DNA from: an uncultured Acidobacteriota bacterium
Lineage (GTDB): Bacteria > Actinomycetota > Acidimicrobiia > Spongiisociales > ZC4RG35
Length of the DNA stretch: 64,000 nt
Assembly: GCA_963828465.1 (NCBI GenBank)
Contig: CAWHEU010000029.1
Span: 26,825 to 90,824, forward strand
Direction: 5' to 3'
A program made the translations under genes and the position numbers. The notes beneath the pieces were generated by a model. That model was not told the DNA's origin. It saw only the letters and a program-made list of their open reading frames with translations, and did no database searches. Shown piece after piece: positions 10,571 to 19,491 of this stretch; positions within the stretch are counted from its first letter, which is position 1, and each line of letters starts with the position of its first letter.

Positions 10571-11524
10571 ATGGAGATCCATCCCGACGTCCTCGCCGCC
10601 ATAGGCAACACGCCCCTGATCAGGCTGTCGAGGATCCGCCCTCAGGGCAACCTCGTGGCCAAGGTCGAGCACATGAACCCGGGAGGCTCGGTCAAGGAGC
10701 GAATCGCCGTGGCGATGATCGATGCGGCCGAGAAAGAAGGGCTCCTGCGGCCAGGCGGCACCATCATCGAGCCGACCTCCGGCAATACAGGTGTAGGACT
10801 TGCGCTTGTCGGCGCCGTTCGCGGCTATCGGGTCATCTGCACGGTTCCAGACAAGGTCTCCAAGGAGAAACAGGATCTCCTACGGGCCTATGGAGTCGAA
10901 GTCGTGGTGACTCCTACCGATCTCCTCCCCGAGCACCCGGATTCCTACTACGGGGTGGCGCGGAGACTGACCGAGGAAATCGAAGGCGCCTTTCACCCCG
11001 ACCAATACTCGAACCCGGCCAATCCTCAGGCCCACTACGACACGACCGGCCCGGAGATATGGCAGCAGACCGAGGGAGAAGTCGACGTGCTCGTCGTCGG
11101 AGTGGGTACAGGAGGCACCATCAGTGGCGCCGGCCGCTACCTCAAGGAGCAGAAGCCGACGGTCCAAGTGGTCGGCGTCGATCCTGAAGGCTCCATTTTC
11201 ACCGCGGACAACGAGAACGAGGTCCACCAGTACTCGGTGGAAGGTGTCGGTGAGGACTTCTACCCCAAGACCGTGGACCTGGATCTGATCGACCGCTGGA
11301 TCAAGGTGAATGATGCCGACTCGTTCACCATGACGAAGAGGTTGGCACGGGAGGAGGGCATCTTGGTCGGTGGGTCCTGCGGCATGGCGGCGCACGGAGC
11401 CCAGCAGGTGGCCGAGGAGGACCCGGAGGCGTTGGTGGTGGTGATCCTGCCCGATTCGGGGCGGGGCTATCTCTCCAAGATCTTCAACGAAGATTGGATG
11501 GCGGAGCGGGGCTTCGACACCTGA
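10571..11524 (+). CDS. PLP-dependent cystathionine beta-synthase / cysteine synthase family
   Basis: IGNTPLIRL, NPGGSVKERIA, EPTSGNTG, GTGGT, VEGVGEDF and LPDSGRGYLSK. Confidence 0.92.
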   Translation: MEIHPDVLAAIGNTPLIRLSRIRPQGNLVAKVEHMNPGGSVKERIAVAMIDAAEKEGLLRPGGTIIEPTSGNTGVGLALVGAVRGYRVICTVPDKVSKEKQDLLRAYGVEVVVTPTDLLPEHPDSYYGVARRLTEEIEGAFHPDQYSNPANPQAHYDTTGPEIWQQTEGEVDVLVVGVGTGGTISGAGRYLKEQKPTVQVVGVDPEGSIFTADNENEVHQYSVEGVGEDFYPKTVDLDLIDRWIKVNDADSFTMTKRLAREEGILVGGSCGMAAHGAQQVAEEDPEALVVVILPDSGRGYLSKIFNEDWMAERGFDT

Positions 11525-11562
11525 AACAGAAGGGCCCTCGACGGATCGAGGGCCCTTCGTTT
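11524..11562. terminator. Bidirectional intrinsic terminator
   Basis: 13-bp perfect stem GAAGGGCCCTCGA/TCGAGGGCCCTTC with short T tails on both strands. Confidence 0.85.
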
Positions 11563-11766
11563 GAAGATCAGCTATGGCATTGCTTCGGCGAGTTACGCCG
11601 CCACGAATGGACGAGGTTCGCGGTATCCAGAGCCGGGTGGTCCGAGTTTGGAGTCGCCACCTGTCCCGAGGGACGAGCGGCGGCTGCGGTCAGCGCCGCT
11701 CAGCGCTCGACCACCTCCAGAGTCCAAAGACTTTCATACAACCTAGGACCACCTCCTTTCTCTGGT
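11563..11766 (-). ncRNA. Candidate small structured RNA or mini-mRNA with an extended SD and a 13-aa uORF
   Basis: Own promoter-like TCACCA-17-CAGACT with TGTG extension; AGAAAGGAGGTGGTCC SD; TTG uORF 11741..11700; several hairpins; ends at the terminator. Confidence 0.55.
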
Positions 11767-11829
11767 GGAGACAGTCTGCCACAACTCGGGCGAATTGGTG
11801 AGGGGTTTTCAGACGAGGCCAGGGCCCGA

Positions 11830-14154
11830 TCACGTAGGCCGCCGGAAGACATCCGGGGGGATCGCGTCCTGATCCCGACGCCTCGTCCCCAGACCGGCCA
11901 GATACTGGTTGGGGAACGTGTGGCCGTCATACCCGAGGTCGATGGCCGCGTTGAGAGTCCAGTAGGGGTCGACGATGTGGGGACGCGCCAACAGGCAAAG
12001 ATCCGCCCGCCCGGCGACCAGGATGTTGTGAACGTCGTCGATGCTGGAGACGGCTCCCACCGTCATGGTGGCGATCCCAACCTCGTTGCGAATCCGATCC
12101 GAATAAGGGGTCTGATAGAGCCGCCCGTACTCGGGGTCGGCATCGACCGTGGTCTGACCGGTTGACACGTCGATCAGGTCACAGCCCCGCTCTTTCAGCT
12201 TCGCCGCGAACGCCACCGCATCGTCACCATCGAACCCTCCGTCGACCCAATCTGTCGCCGAGATCCGCACCGAGATCGGCTTCTCGTCGGGCCATACCTC
12301 GCGCACCGCTTCGAATACCTCGAGTGGATATCGCATCCTGTTCTCGGCCGAGCCCCCGTATTGGTCACTCCTCTGATTGGCCAGAGGGGTGAGGAAGCTG
12401 GACAGCAGATATCCATGGGCGTAGTGGAGCTCGAGGAGATCGAACCCGGCGTCGCTCCCGAACCGGGCCGAGGCGACATGCTGGTCCCGGACGCGGTCCA
12501 TATCGGCCCGGGTCATCTCCCGGGGCACCTGGCTATCGGGCCGATAGCGGATCGGGGAAGGTGCCATGATCTCCCAATTGCCCTCGTCCAGGGGCTCGCT
12601 GTCCCCTTCCCACATCAACTTGGTCGATCCCTTGCGCCCCGAGTGCCCGATCTGGAGACCGATGCGGGCTTCGGTGTGGATGTGGACGAAGTCGACGATC
12701 CGCGTGAAGGCATCCGTCTGCTCCCGGTTCCAAAGACCGGTGCACCGAGGGCTGATCCTGCCCTCGGGAGACACACAGGTCATCTCGGTCATCACCAAAC
12801 CAGCACCACCTACAGCCCGGCTGCCCAGATGGACCAGGTGCCATTCATTGGGCACCCCCTCGATGGCGCTGTACTGGTCCATCGGCGACACCACGATGCG
12901 GTTGGCCAACTCGAGACCGCGCACCCGGAATGGATGGAACATGGGAGGCACGTCGGGCCCGACAGATGTGGGGCATGAGTGCTCTGAGGCTGCGTACCAG
13001 GCGTCGACCCGAGCCATGTACCCGGGGTCACGGACCCGCAGATTGTCGTAGGTGATCCGCTGGCTTCGGGTCAGCATGCTGAACACGAACTGCTCAGGGT
13101 CGAGGTTCCGGTAGCGATCGGCGCCCTCGAACCAGTTCCGGCTCGCCTTCGCGGCCCGTTGCAGACTCTCGACCTCGGGCCGGCGCATCTGCTCGTAGCG
13201 GTCGAAGGCTTGTCCAATGGGTGGCCGGCGAGGAGCAGCCCGGCGAGAGCGATGGCGTCCTCCATGGCCAGCTTGGTGCCTGAGCCCACCGAGAAATGCG
13301 CAGTGTGGATGGCGTCGCCGATGCAGCACGACATTGCCGTGGTGCCAGCGCTCACAACTGATCGTGGGGAACTGGAGCCAGCGGGAGTTGTTGCCGAGAA
13401 GACCGAGCCCGTCGAGATGAGGGGCGAAGATTTCCTCACTTCGCTGGAGGGCGTAGTCGTCGCTCACACCCGGCGGGAACACTTCATCCTCGGTCTTGTC
13501 GAAGCCGAGCGCCGACCAGGTCTCTGGACGCATCTCCACGATGAAGGTGCTGCCGTCGTCGCTGTACGGGTAGATGTGGGCCCACACCATCCCCGAGGGC
13601 GTGTCTTCGAAGATGAAGTTGAATTCGTCGAAAACCTTGGGGGTGCCGAACCAGATGTACTTGTTGCGAGCGGGCTCCAGCGACGGCCTCAGGTGAGACT
13701 CCAGCTCCCGCCGCACGATGCTGTTGGCACCGTCGGCCCCAACGATCACCCCGACCGATTCGAAGTCCGACAGGCTCTTGACTTCGGTCGAGAAGTGAAG
13801 TTCGACGTCGAGCCGGCGGGCACGTTCGGTCAACGTCTCGAGGAGGGCGCGACGGCTTATTGCTGCAAACCCGTGACCGCCAGAGATGACGGCGGCACCT
13901 TCGGGATGGTGGGTCTTTATCTCCCCCCAGTGCCGGAACTCCTGTGTCATCGCCCGATGCGAGATCGGGTCTGCCATCTCGAAGTTGTCCAGGGTCTCGT
14001 CACTGAAAACGACCCCGAATCCGTACGCGTCCTGGGACGTATTTCGCTCATAGACCGAGACATCGAGCTCCGAGCGCGCCTGTTTGAGGAGGATCGACAA
14101 ATAGAGACCTGCCGGTCCCCCACCGACGATGGCGACGCCCTTTTCGATGCTCAT
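11830..14154 (-). CDS. Bifunctional salicylyl-CoA 5-hydroxylase / OYE-type oxidoreductase, with compensating frameshifts near 13323 and 13220
   Basis: GGGPAGL FAD motif, [30 protein letters not shown] and HYAHGYLL; the [22 protein letters not shown] motif lies in another frame. Confidence 0.9.
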   Translation of the reverse strand: MSIEKGVAIVGGGPAGLYLSILLKQARSELDVSVYERNTSQDAYGFGVVFSDETLDNFEMADPISHRAMTQEFRHWGEIKTHHPEGAAVISGGHGFAAISRRALLETLTERARRLDVELHFSTEVKSLSDFESVGVIVGADGANSIVRRELESHLRPSLEPARNKYIWFGTPKVFDEFNFIFEDTPSGMVWAHIYPYSDDGSTFIVEMRPETWSALGFDKTEDEVFPPGVSDDYALQRSEEIFAPHLDGLGLLGNNSRWLQFPTISCERWHHGNVVLHRRRHPHCAFLGGLRHQAGHGGRHRSRRAAPRRPPIGQAFDRYEQMRRPEVESLQRAAKASRNWFEGADRYRNLDPEQFVFSMLTRSQRITYDNLRVRDPGYMARVDAWYAASEHSCPTSVGPDVPPMFHPFRVRGLELANRIVVSPMDQYSAIEGVPNEWHLVHLGSRAVGGAGLVMTEMTCVSPEGRISPRCTGLWNREQTDAFTRIVDFVHIHTEARIGLQIGHSGRKGSTKLMWEGDSEPLDEGNWEIMAPSPIRYRPDSQVPREMTRADMDRVRDQHVASARFGSDAGFDLLELHYAHGYLLSSFLTPLANQRSDQYGGSAENRMRYPLEVFEAVREVWPDEKPISVRISATDWVDGGFDGDDAVAFAAKLKERGCDLIDVSTGQTTVDADPEYGRLYQTPYSDRIRNEVGIATMTVGAVSSIDDVHNILVAGRADLCLLARPHIVDPYWTLNAAIDLGYDGHTFPNQYLAGLGTRRRDQDAIPPDVFRRPT

Positions 14155-14184
14155 GTTGGCTGTCGGGCCAACGCTAGGGCGCCG

Positions 14185-14946
14185 TTAAAGACGCAGAGTG
14201 TTGGTGAAGTCCTCCCACCACGAGCCGACCGCCTCGACCGCATTGCTCAACGACCAGAGGAGGAGGATGGCGAGAGCGACAACAAGGACCACCGTGGCCA
14301 GGTTACGAACCCGGTACATCTGTCGCTGGCTGTCGTCCTCCATGTAGGACGGCTCGACGACCGGAGGTGTGGGGGAGGTGATCAAATAGGGCTCGGGCGG
14401 GCTGACATAAGCAGGCTCGTTGGAAGTTGTCATCTGGGCTGCTCCCACCGTTTCGGACTTCGCCACCGAGTCCGGCGGCAGGGAGAATGTATCAATCGCC
14501 GGCTCCGGGTGCTCGATGACCTCGGGCTCCGGCTCCGGTGGAACGTGCTCCTTGACCTCCGCCTCGAGTTCGAAATCGGCATCGAGATCAGGCGCGAGGA
14601 CCGAGGCTGCAGCCCCAGCGGCAATCACCGGATCCGGGTCGATCCTCTCCTCGATCGGCTCCTCGAGTGGGAGCGGGGCCAGGCTGGCCAGTGACTCCTC
14701 GACGGTCGGATGTGTCTCTCCGGCCGGAGTCTCGACCCCGGCCTTATCGAACAACGCGCGTCCGTCGATGTCGAGGATCGCGGACAGTGCAGTGAGCACC
14801 GACGGATCGGTGGGTGTCGCCACGTCGCGTTCCCAGCTCCTGATCGAGCTGGCAGATCGACCGACCAACTCTCCCAGCTGAGCCTGGCTCAGGCCGATCT
14901 TGGTGCGGCGGTAGCGCACTGTTCTTCCAAATGAGCGCTCAGGCAT
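14185..14946 (-). CDS. XRE-family HTH protein with an acidic/Pro linker and a C-terminal TM helix
   Basis: GLSQAQLGELVGRSASSIRSWERD HTH; hydrophobic LATVVLVVALAILLLWSL. Confidence 0.75.
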   Translation of the reverse strand: MPERSFGRTVRYRRTKIGLSQAQLGELVGRSASSIRSWERDVATPTDPSVLTALSAILDIDGRALFDKAGVETPAGETHPTVEESLASLAPLPLEEPIEERIDPDPVIAAGAAASVLAPDLDADFELEAEVKEHVPPEPEPEVIEHPEPAIDTFSLPPDSVAKSETVGAAQMTTSNEPAYVSPPEPYLITSPTPPVVEPSYMEDDSQRQMYRVRNLATVVLVVALAILLLWSLSNAVEAVGSWWEDFTNTLRL

Positions 14947-15043
14947 CCCGGCTCGAATAGTACCGGCACACGCCATTTGCTCGAAGGGGAGTCAACCCCG
15001 GATGATCGGAATGCCGGAAGTCCTATGCTCGTTCGGCCACCGT

Positions 15044-15139
15044 GGAGGCGTCCGGACGCCTGGTGGGTCCCCCGGTCTTCAAAACCGGCGAGGGGTCTGA
15101 ACGGCCCCTGGCGGGTTCGATTCCCGTCCGCCTCCGCCA
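15044..15139 (+). tRNA. selC: tRNA-Sec (UCA)
   Basis: GGAGGCG...CGCCTCC-G-CCA; anticodon loop CTTCAAA; long variable arm AGGGGTC/GGCCCCT; GGTTCGATTCC T-loop; -10 TATGCT upstream. Confidence 0.93.
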
Positions 15140-15142
15140 CCT

Positions 15143-15183
15143 ACCTCCCCTGCAGGGGAGGTGGCCCGAAGGGCCGGAGGGGG
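15143..15183. repeat. REP-like GC-rich palindromic element
   Basis: Perfect 20-nt palindrome ACCTCCCCTGCAGGGGAGGT followed by GGCCCGAAGGGCC and GGAGGGGG. Confidence 0.5.
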
Positions 15184-15249
15184 ATTCTCCGCCCGGCCCG
15201 GGTCGATAGAACCATTGATCGAAATGATGCTCGACTTAGCCTTTCTCCC

Positions 15250-15660
15250 ATGGAGATCGCGATAATCGCCCTTGCGGCGATCGGGATCGTGTTCGCCGGA
15301 ATCGTCCTCAACCAGGCCAAGCCGAAGGTGCGAGCCGAGCGAGTCGCCGGTCATCCGGACACATTCGAGCTGTGGAACGAAGGCCCGGGCAAGGCGGTGA
15401 TCGTCCGCGCCGATGTGCTTTCCCCGGGCTTCCCCCGGGGGGCGTCGATCAATGACGCCGTCACGGCCATACCGGGTCTGTGGGTGGACGAGCGGATCGT
15501 CACGGATCATGGCCCTTGGGCGAAAGGCGCCGCCCTCGAGCCCCTTCGGCGTTTTGAGATCAGACTGCCCGCAGCGACAAGCTTGCGCATCGTCTATCGG
15601 GCAGATGGTGCCCTCGGCACCGTGGCAACAGCAACGATGCTCGTCGAGGGCGGTCACTGA
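15250..15660 (+). CDS. Hypothetical membrane-anchored protein
   Basis: N-terminal TM MEIAIIALAAIGIVFAGIVL followed by a beta-rich domain; -10 TAGCCT 7 nt before the ATG. Confidence 0.65.
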   Translation: MEIAIIALAAIGIVFAGIVLNQAKPKVRAERVAGHPDTFELWNEGPGKAVIVRADVLSPGFPRGASINDAVTAIPGLWVDERIVTDHGPWAKGAALEPLRRFEIRLPAATSLRIVYRADGALGTVATATMLVEGGH

Positions 15661-15751
15661 CCCGTTTCCCGGAGACAAGTGACTTTCGGCCCTCACTCGG
15701 GGCACCCACAGCAGTAGGTTTGTCTCAATCCGCCTAGGAAGGTGTCAAACC

Positions 15752-16171
15752 ATGAGAAAGACCGCATCCATCGCCTCGATCGTCCTCGGTGTCCTTCTGG
15801 TGATAGGAGGTATCGGCACCTGGGTGGTCGTGAGCAACACACTCGCCGAGCAGAAGATCGTCACCTCCGATGACGCCTGTCTCCCCGGGCGAACCGTGCA
15901 AGACCCATTCACCGCCTATTGCCAGGCCGCTGTCATCCAGAAGCACACATTGGAGACCACCGGTGGCCTGACCTATGCCGAATTGGACAGGGAGGACCCG
16001 CTGCGAGAGGTGGCGATGAACTCGGCATTCCTCCAGTCATCGCTCTTTACCTCGATCGTGGCCTTCGGTGTCGCCGCCATAGGCGTCGGAATGGGCGTTG
16101 TGTTCATCCTGATCGGACTGGGCATCCGGGATGTGGCGGAGCGGACCACCGAGCCACCAGCTCAGGTCTGA
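15752..16171 (+). CDS. Conserved actinobacterial two-TM protein
   Basis: PFTAYCQA..I.KHTL..TGGLTYAEL..MNSAFLQSSLFTSIVAFGV pattern; SD GGAAGGT. Confidence 0.8.
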   Translation: MRKTASIASIVLGVLLVIGGIGTWVVVSNTLAEQKIVTSDDACLPGRTVQDPFTAYCQAAVIQKHTLETTGGLTYAELDREDPLREVAMNSAFLQSSLFTSIVAFGVAAIGVGMGVVFILIGLGIRDVAERTTEPPAQV

Positions 16172-16552
16172 TCAACCAGCTCGAAGCGGATGAAGGGAGC
16201 GGTCTCGACCCACCGATCGAGGGCCGCTCTCGACCGCTCCGGGTCCGAGCCCCAGCTCTCGGTCAGTGCCCGATAGAGAATCCGGCCACGCTCGTCGGGA
16301 TCGGGCTCTGGCTCACCGCGAACCGAGATGTCGGCATGCGACTCCATGTCTTAGGTGGAGGGTGAACTCCGGGTTGGCCACGATGTTGGCGACCCAATCG
16401 CGCTTGAAGCCGGGTCGGCCGGTCAGATAGAACTTCCCGTCGAACTGGTGGAAATAGATCTCGATTCGGCGGGGCAATCCGGACTTCCGACCGATCGTCG
16501 TGATGTCCACAGTGCCACCTCGCTCGAGAGCTTCCCTGACCGCGGTGTCCAT
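16162..16552 (-). CDS. Deazaflavin-dependent nitroreductase-like (DUF385) protein, frameshifted near 16339
   Basis: DITTIGRKSGLPRRIEIYF..RDWVANIVANPEFTLHL continues in another frame as HADISVRGEPEPDPDER. Confidence 0.75.
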
Positions 16553-16610
16553 TGCCCGCACCAACCCGGACGCGGTCCGCCTTGTTCCCGGGCGGTAGCT
16601 TGCGTCACAC

Positions 16611-17832
16611 ATGGGCCAACTGATCGAGGTCGAGGCCAGTCCGATGGGCACGGTCGCCCTGTTCTCCACCGATCGCTCGCTGACCGGCCAGGACGGGGTC
16701 GAGATTCTCACCTGGGGCCCTGGACGGTGCTGACCCGCCCCATGAGCTCGCCCGACGCCTCTTCGACGCCGATCAACTCATCGATCACGTCCATGTCCTC
16801 TCCAACACCGTCTCGGTCCGGCGACGCGAGAACTGGGACGACGAGGCGATAGGCCGGGCCTCAAAGATAATCGCCAATCTCTTCATCCACTACGTCACGC
16901 TGCCCGGCCGCGCAGAGGCCGACGAGTTCGAGGCGCTCAGAGTCGCCAACTACAACGCGACTCTGAGCCACATCAGGGCCCACAACGAGGACCTGTGGGT
17001 GATGCGGGTCACCCCCGACGAGCCGATCGACCCGTTTCTCCCCGGTCAGTACACGACGCTGGCCCTGGGTTACTGGGAGCCGAGGGCCGACGAGGCCCAC
17101 GACAATCTGAAGCCCGATCAGGACCAGAAGATGGCGCGCCGGTCATATTCGGTCTCGAGCTCGATGATCGACGAGGCGGGCGAGCTCCTCCCGCCCCACA
17201 TCCCGGATGTCGAGTTCTACATCGTGAAGGTCAAGCCCGGCCAGGAGGAGATTCCCGCCCTCACTCCCCGCCTGTTCCTCAAGGGCGAGGGCGACCGTCT
17301 CTACATGGGCCGCAAGTTCACGGGGCACTACACCCTCGAGGGAGTGAAGCCCGATGACAACATCGTGTTTCTCAGCACCGGCACGGGCGAGGCACCGCAG
17401 AATGCGATGATCGCCGAATTGCTACGTCGGGAGCACACGGGCCGCATCCTCGATGTCGTGTGCGTCCGCTATTGGTCCGACCTCGCCTACACCGAGCAGC
17501 ACGCGGTCCTCGTCGACCGCTATCCGTCATACCGATACGTCACGATCACCACCAGGGAGCCGGAGAACGAGGGGAAGAAGGTCTACATCCAGGATCTGAT
17601 TGCCTCAGGTCGGATAGAGGAGGAGTTGGGCGCCCCCCTAGACCCCGCCCAGACCCACGTCTTCCTATGCGGGAACCCGGCGATGATCGGGCTGCCGAAG
17701 TGGACCGACGAAGCGGTGGTCTTCCCCGAAACGCTGGGCGTCTGCCAACAACTCTCCGAGAAGGGCTTCTCCATCGATCACCGCAAGGACCGGGGCAACG
17801 TTCACTACGAGGAGTATTGGACGGAGCGCTGA
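16611..17832 (+). CDS. Nfu_N-like domain fused to ferredoxin-NADP+ reductase, frameshifted near 16704
   Basis: MGQLIEV..TDRSLTGQDG / ELARRLF..HVHVLSNTVSV..LFIHY, then PGQYTTL, RRSYSVSS, TGTGEAP, FLCGNPAMI and EEYW. Confidence 0.75.
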
Positions 17833-17934
17833 GGCGTTGCGGTGACGGAGGGCGTGCGTTCCATCTGCCGGGAGCGGGGTTCGATTCCAGTTGGGCGGAG
17901 AGCGCCACGTCCCGACAGCTATCTGCCTAACGCA

Positions 17935-18171
17935 TCAGTGATCGTGCGAATCGAGGTCGACGTCCTTCTTGACGTATTCGGTGTGCTCCTCTTTGGTGGT
18001 AGCGGTGGCCGTCACCAAGGTCAACACCACTCCTAATGCGCCAACCACCATCAAGATGTATCCGATCGTATTGAGATTGAAACCTTCCGCTTCCACCGAC
18101 ACGGCGAAAGCCAAAACGGCACCCACTGCGATGAGGAAGAGGGAACCTCCGAACCTGACATTCCTATTCAT
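17935..18171 (-). CDS. Small two-TM membrane protein (DUF6458-like)
   Basis: GGSLFLIAVGAVLAFAV..GFNLNTIGYILMVVG; SD GGAGAG. Confidence 0.8.
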   Translation of the reverse strand: MNRNVRFGGSLFLIAVGAVLAFAVSVEAEGFNLNTIGYILMVVGALGVVLTLVTATATTKEEHTEYVKKDVDLDSHDH

Positions 18172-18271
18172 TTTCTCTCCTTCGTGACTCGTTGGTCGTC
18201 CGCGGCTTCTGTGGCTTGGTCCGCTCTCGAAGTCCAAGACGAAGCCATAGAACCTTTGGACAGCGAATATC

Positions 18272-18296
18272 TACCCGTGGCTGGCAAACGGGAAAC
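18272..18296 (-). promoter_or_regulatory. SigB/SigF-type promoter GTTT-N16-GGGTA
   Basis: Exact consensus on the minus strand upstream of the DUF6458-like gene. Confidence 0.6.
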
Positions 18297-18556
18297 GGCA
18301 CGATTGGTCTGCAGCAGGAAAGTCGAGCGCCTTCCCGGAGGACGACTCCACTGCTGAGCGCTTCCACCAGGGCACAACGTGGTCGCCAGGAAAAATTTCG
18401 CGCTCCGGTTGGGGGCGGCAAAGCCCGGGGATAGTGGTCCCAATTGAAGGAGTGCGGCTCCCAAGGAGTGCGAGTGCTCCTCACAAAGAACGACGAATCC
18501 CCCTGGTTTTGGAGGAGGTCACTCAGCTCGTAAAAGTCGCCGAGCGGCAGGTCTCG

Positions 18557-18581
18557 GTTTGTCAGCCCTACATCCTGGGTA
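18557..18581 (+). promoter_or_regulatory. SigB/SigF-type promoter GTTT-N16-GGGTA
   Basis: Exact consensus 32 nt upstream of the GPGG-motif gene. Confidence 0.65.
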
Positions 18582-18613
18582 GAGGTGGCCACCAAATTGG
18601 GAGGACAAAACCA

Positions 18614-18757
18614 ATGGCGACAATCCTTTGGATTCTGGCGGTGATCTTGGTGATCGCGGGCATCGCGGCCATCTTTCGGGGTCAAGTTTTGTGGGGGATC
18701 GTGCTAATCGTGGTTGGTCTGATAGTTGGGCCGGGCGGCGTTAGCGTCTTCACCTAA
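18614..18757 (+). CDS. GPGG-motif small membrane protein (47 aa)
   Basis: MATILWILAVILVIAGIAAIFRGQVLWGIVLIVVGLIVGPGGVSVFT; SD GGGAGG. Confidence 0.85.
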   Translation: MATILWILAVILVIAGIAAIFRGQVLWGIVLIVVGLIVGPGGVSVFT

Positions 18758-19038
18758 GGTCCGCAACAACAGAGTTGGTGTGGAGCGCCTTTCTCGCCAT
18801 GCAATGCCGAATGACCACGAACGGTTGCTCTTTGTATCGGAAGGTGGGCCACCACGGGAGCGGGGTTTCCCTTGCCTCCTACCTTCATGGGCTCCACCTA
18901 GCGACGAAGGCGTATACCACCAGGAGGCGTCCGGAGCGACCGCTGAGACGCACCGGCCGCGGGATCGAGCAGGATTCGAGAAGCGCCTGCGGCGCATCGC
19001 CCGTAGTTTCAACAGTGACTCATACAGGAGGTCAAGCG

Positions 19039-19485
19039 ATGAGTACCACGACGAAGTCGGGTTCGGGAGGTTTCTCGGAGGCGGAGCGTGCAGCCATGAA
19101 GGCGCGCGCCCAGGAACTGAAAGCGCAGGGCCGCAGCGGTCAGAAGAAGGCTGACAACGAACAGGCCGTGCTCGACACGATCGCCGATATGCCTGATGCC
19201 GACCGAACGCTCGCAGAACGCATCCACGCACTGGTCGGCGCGAACGCACCGGCTCTTCTCCCCAGGACCTGGTACGGGATGCCTGCATACGCGAAGGAAG
19301 ACGGCAAGCTCGTCTGCTTCTTCAAGGCCGCGTCCAAGTTCGACGGCCGCTACGCGATGTTGGGATTCGAAGATGAGGCCGCGCTCGACGACGGCTCGAT
19401 GTGGCCGATCGTGTTTGCCATCGTCGAATGGACGCCGGCGGTCGAGAAGAAGCTCGTGACACTCGTCAAGACCGCGGTCTCCTGA
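19039..19485 (+). CDS. DUF1801-domain protein
   Basis: FSEAERAAMKARAQELK..LAERIHALV..PRTWYGMPAYAK..FFKAASKF; SD CAGGAGG. Confidence 0.85.
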   Translation: MSTTTKSGSGGFSEAERAAMKARAQELKAQGRSGQKKADNEQAVLDTIADMPDADRTLAERIHALVGANAPALLPRTWYGMPAYAKEDGKLVCFFKAASKFDGRYAMLGFEDEAALDDGSMWPIVFAIVEWTPAVEKKLVTLVKTAVS

Positions 19486-19491
19486 GCGTCG

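Noticed and set aside
11746-11761. 16S rRNA 3'-end-like sequence read as an rRNA fragment
   Set aside because: No flanking 16S or ITS sequence; better explained as an extended SD on the minus strand
18164-18685. 173-aa minus-strand ORF across the intergenic region
   Set aside because: It overlaps the GPGG gene and both promoters, with no motifs and atypical codon use; a gene remnant cannot be excluded
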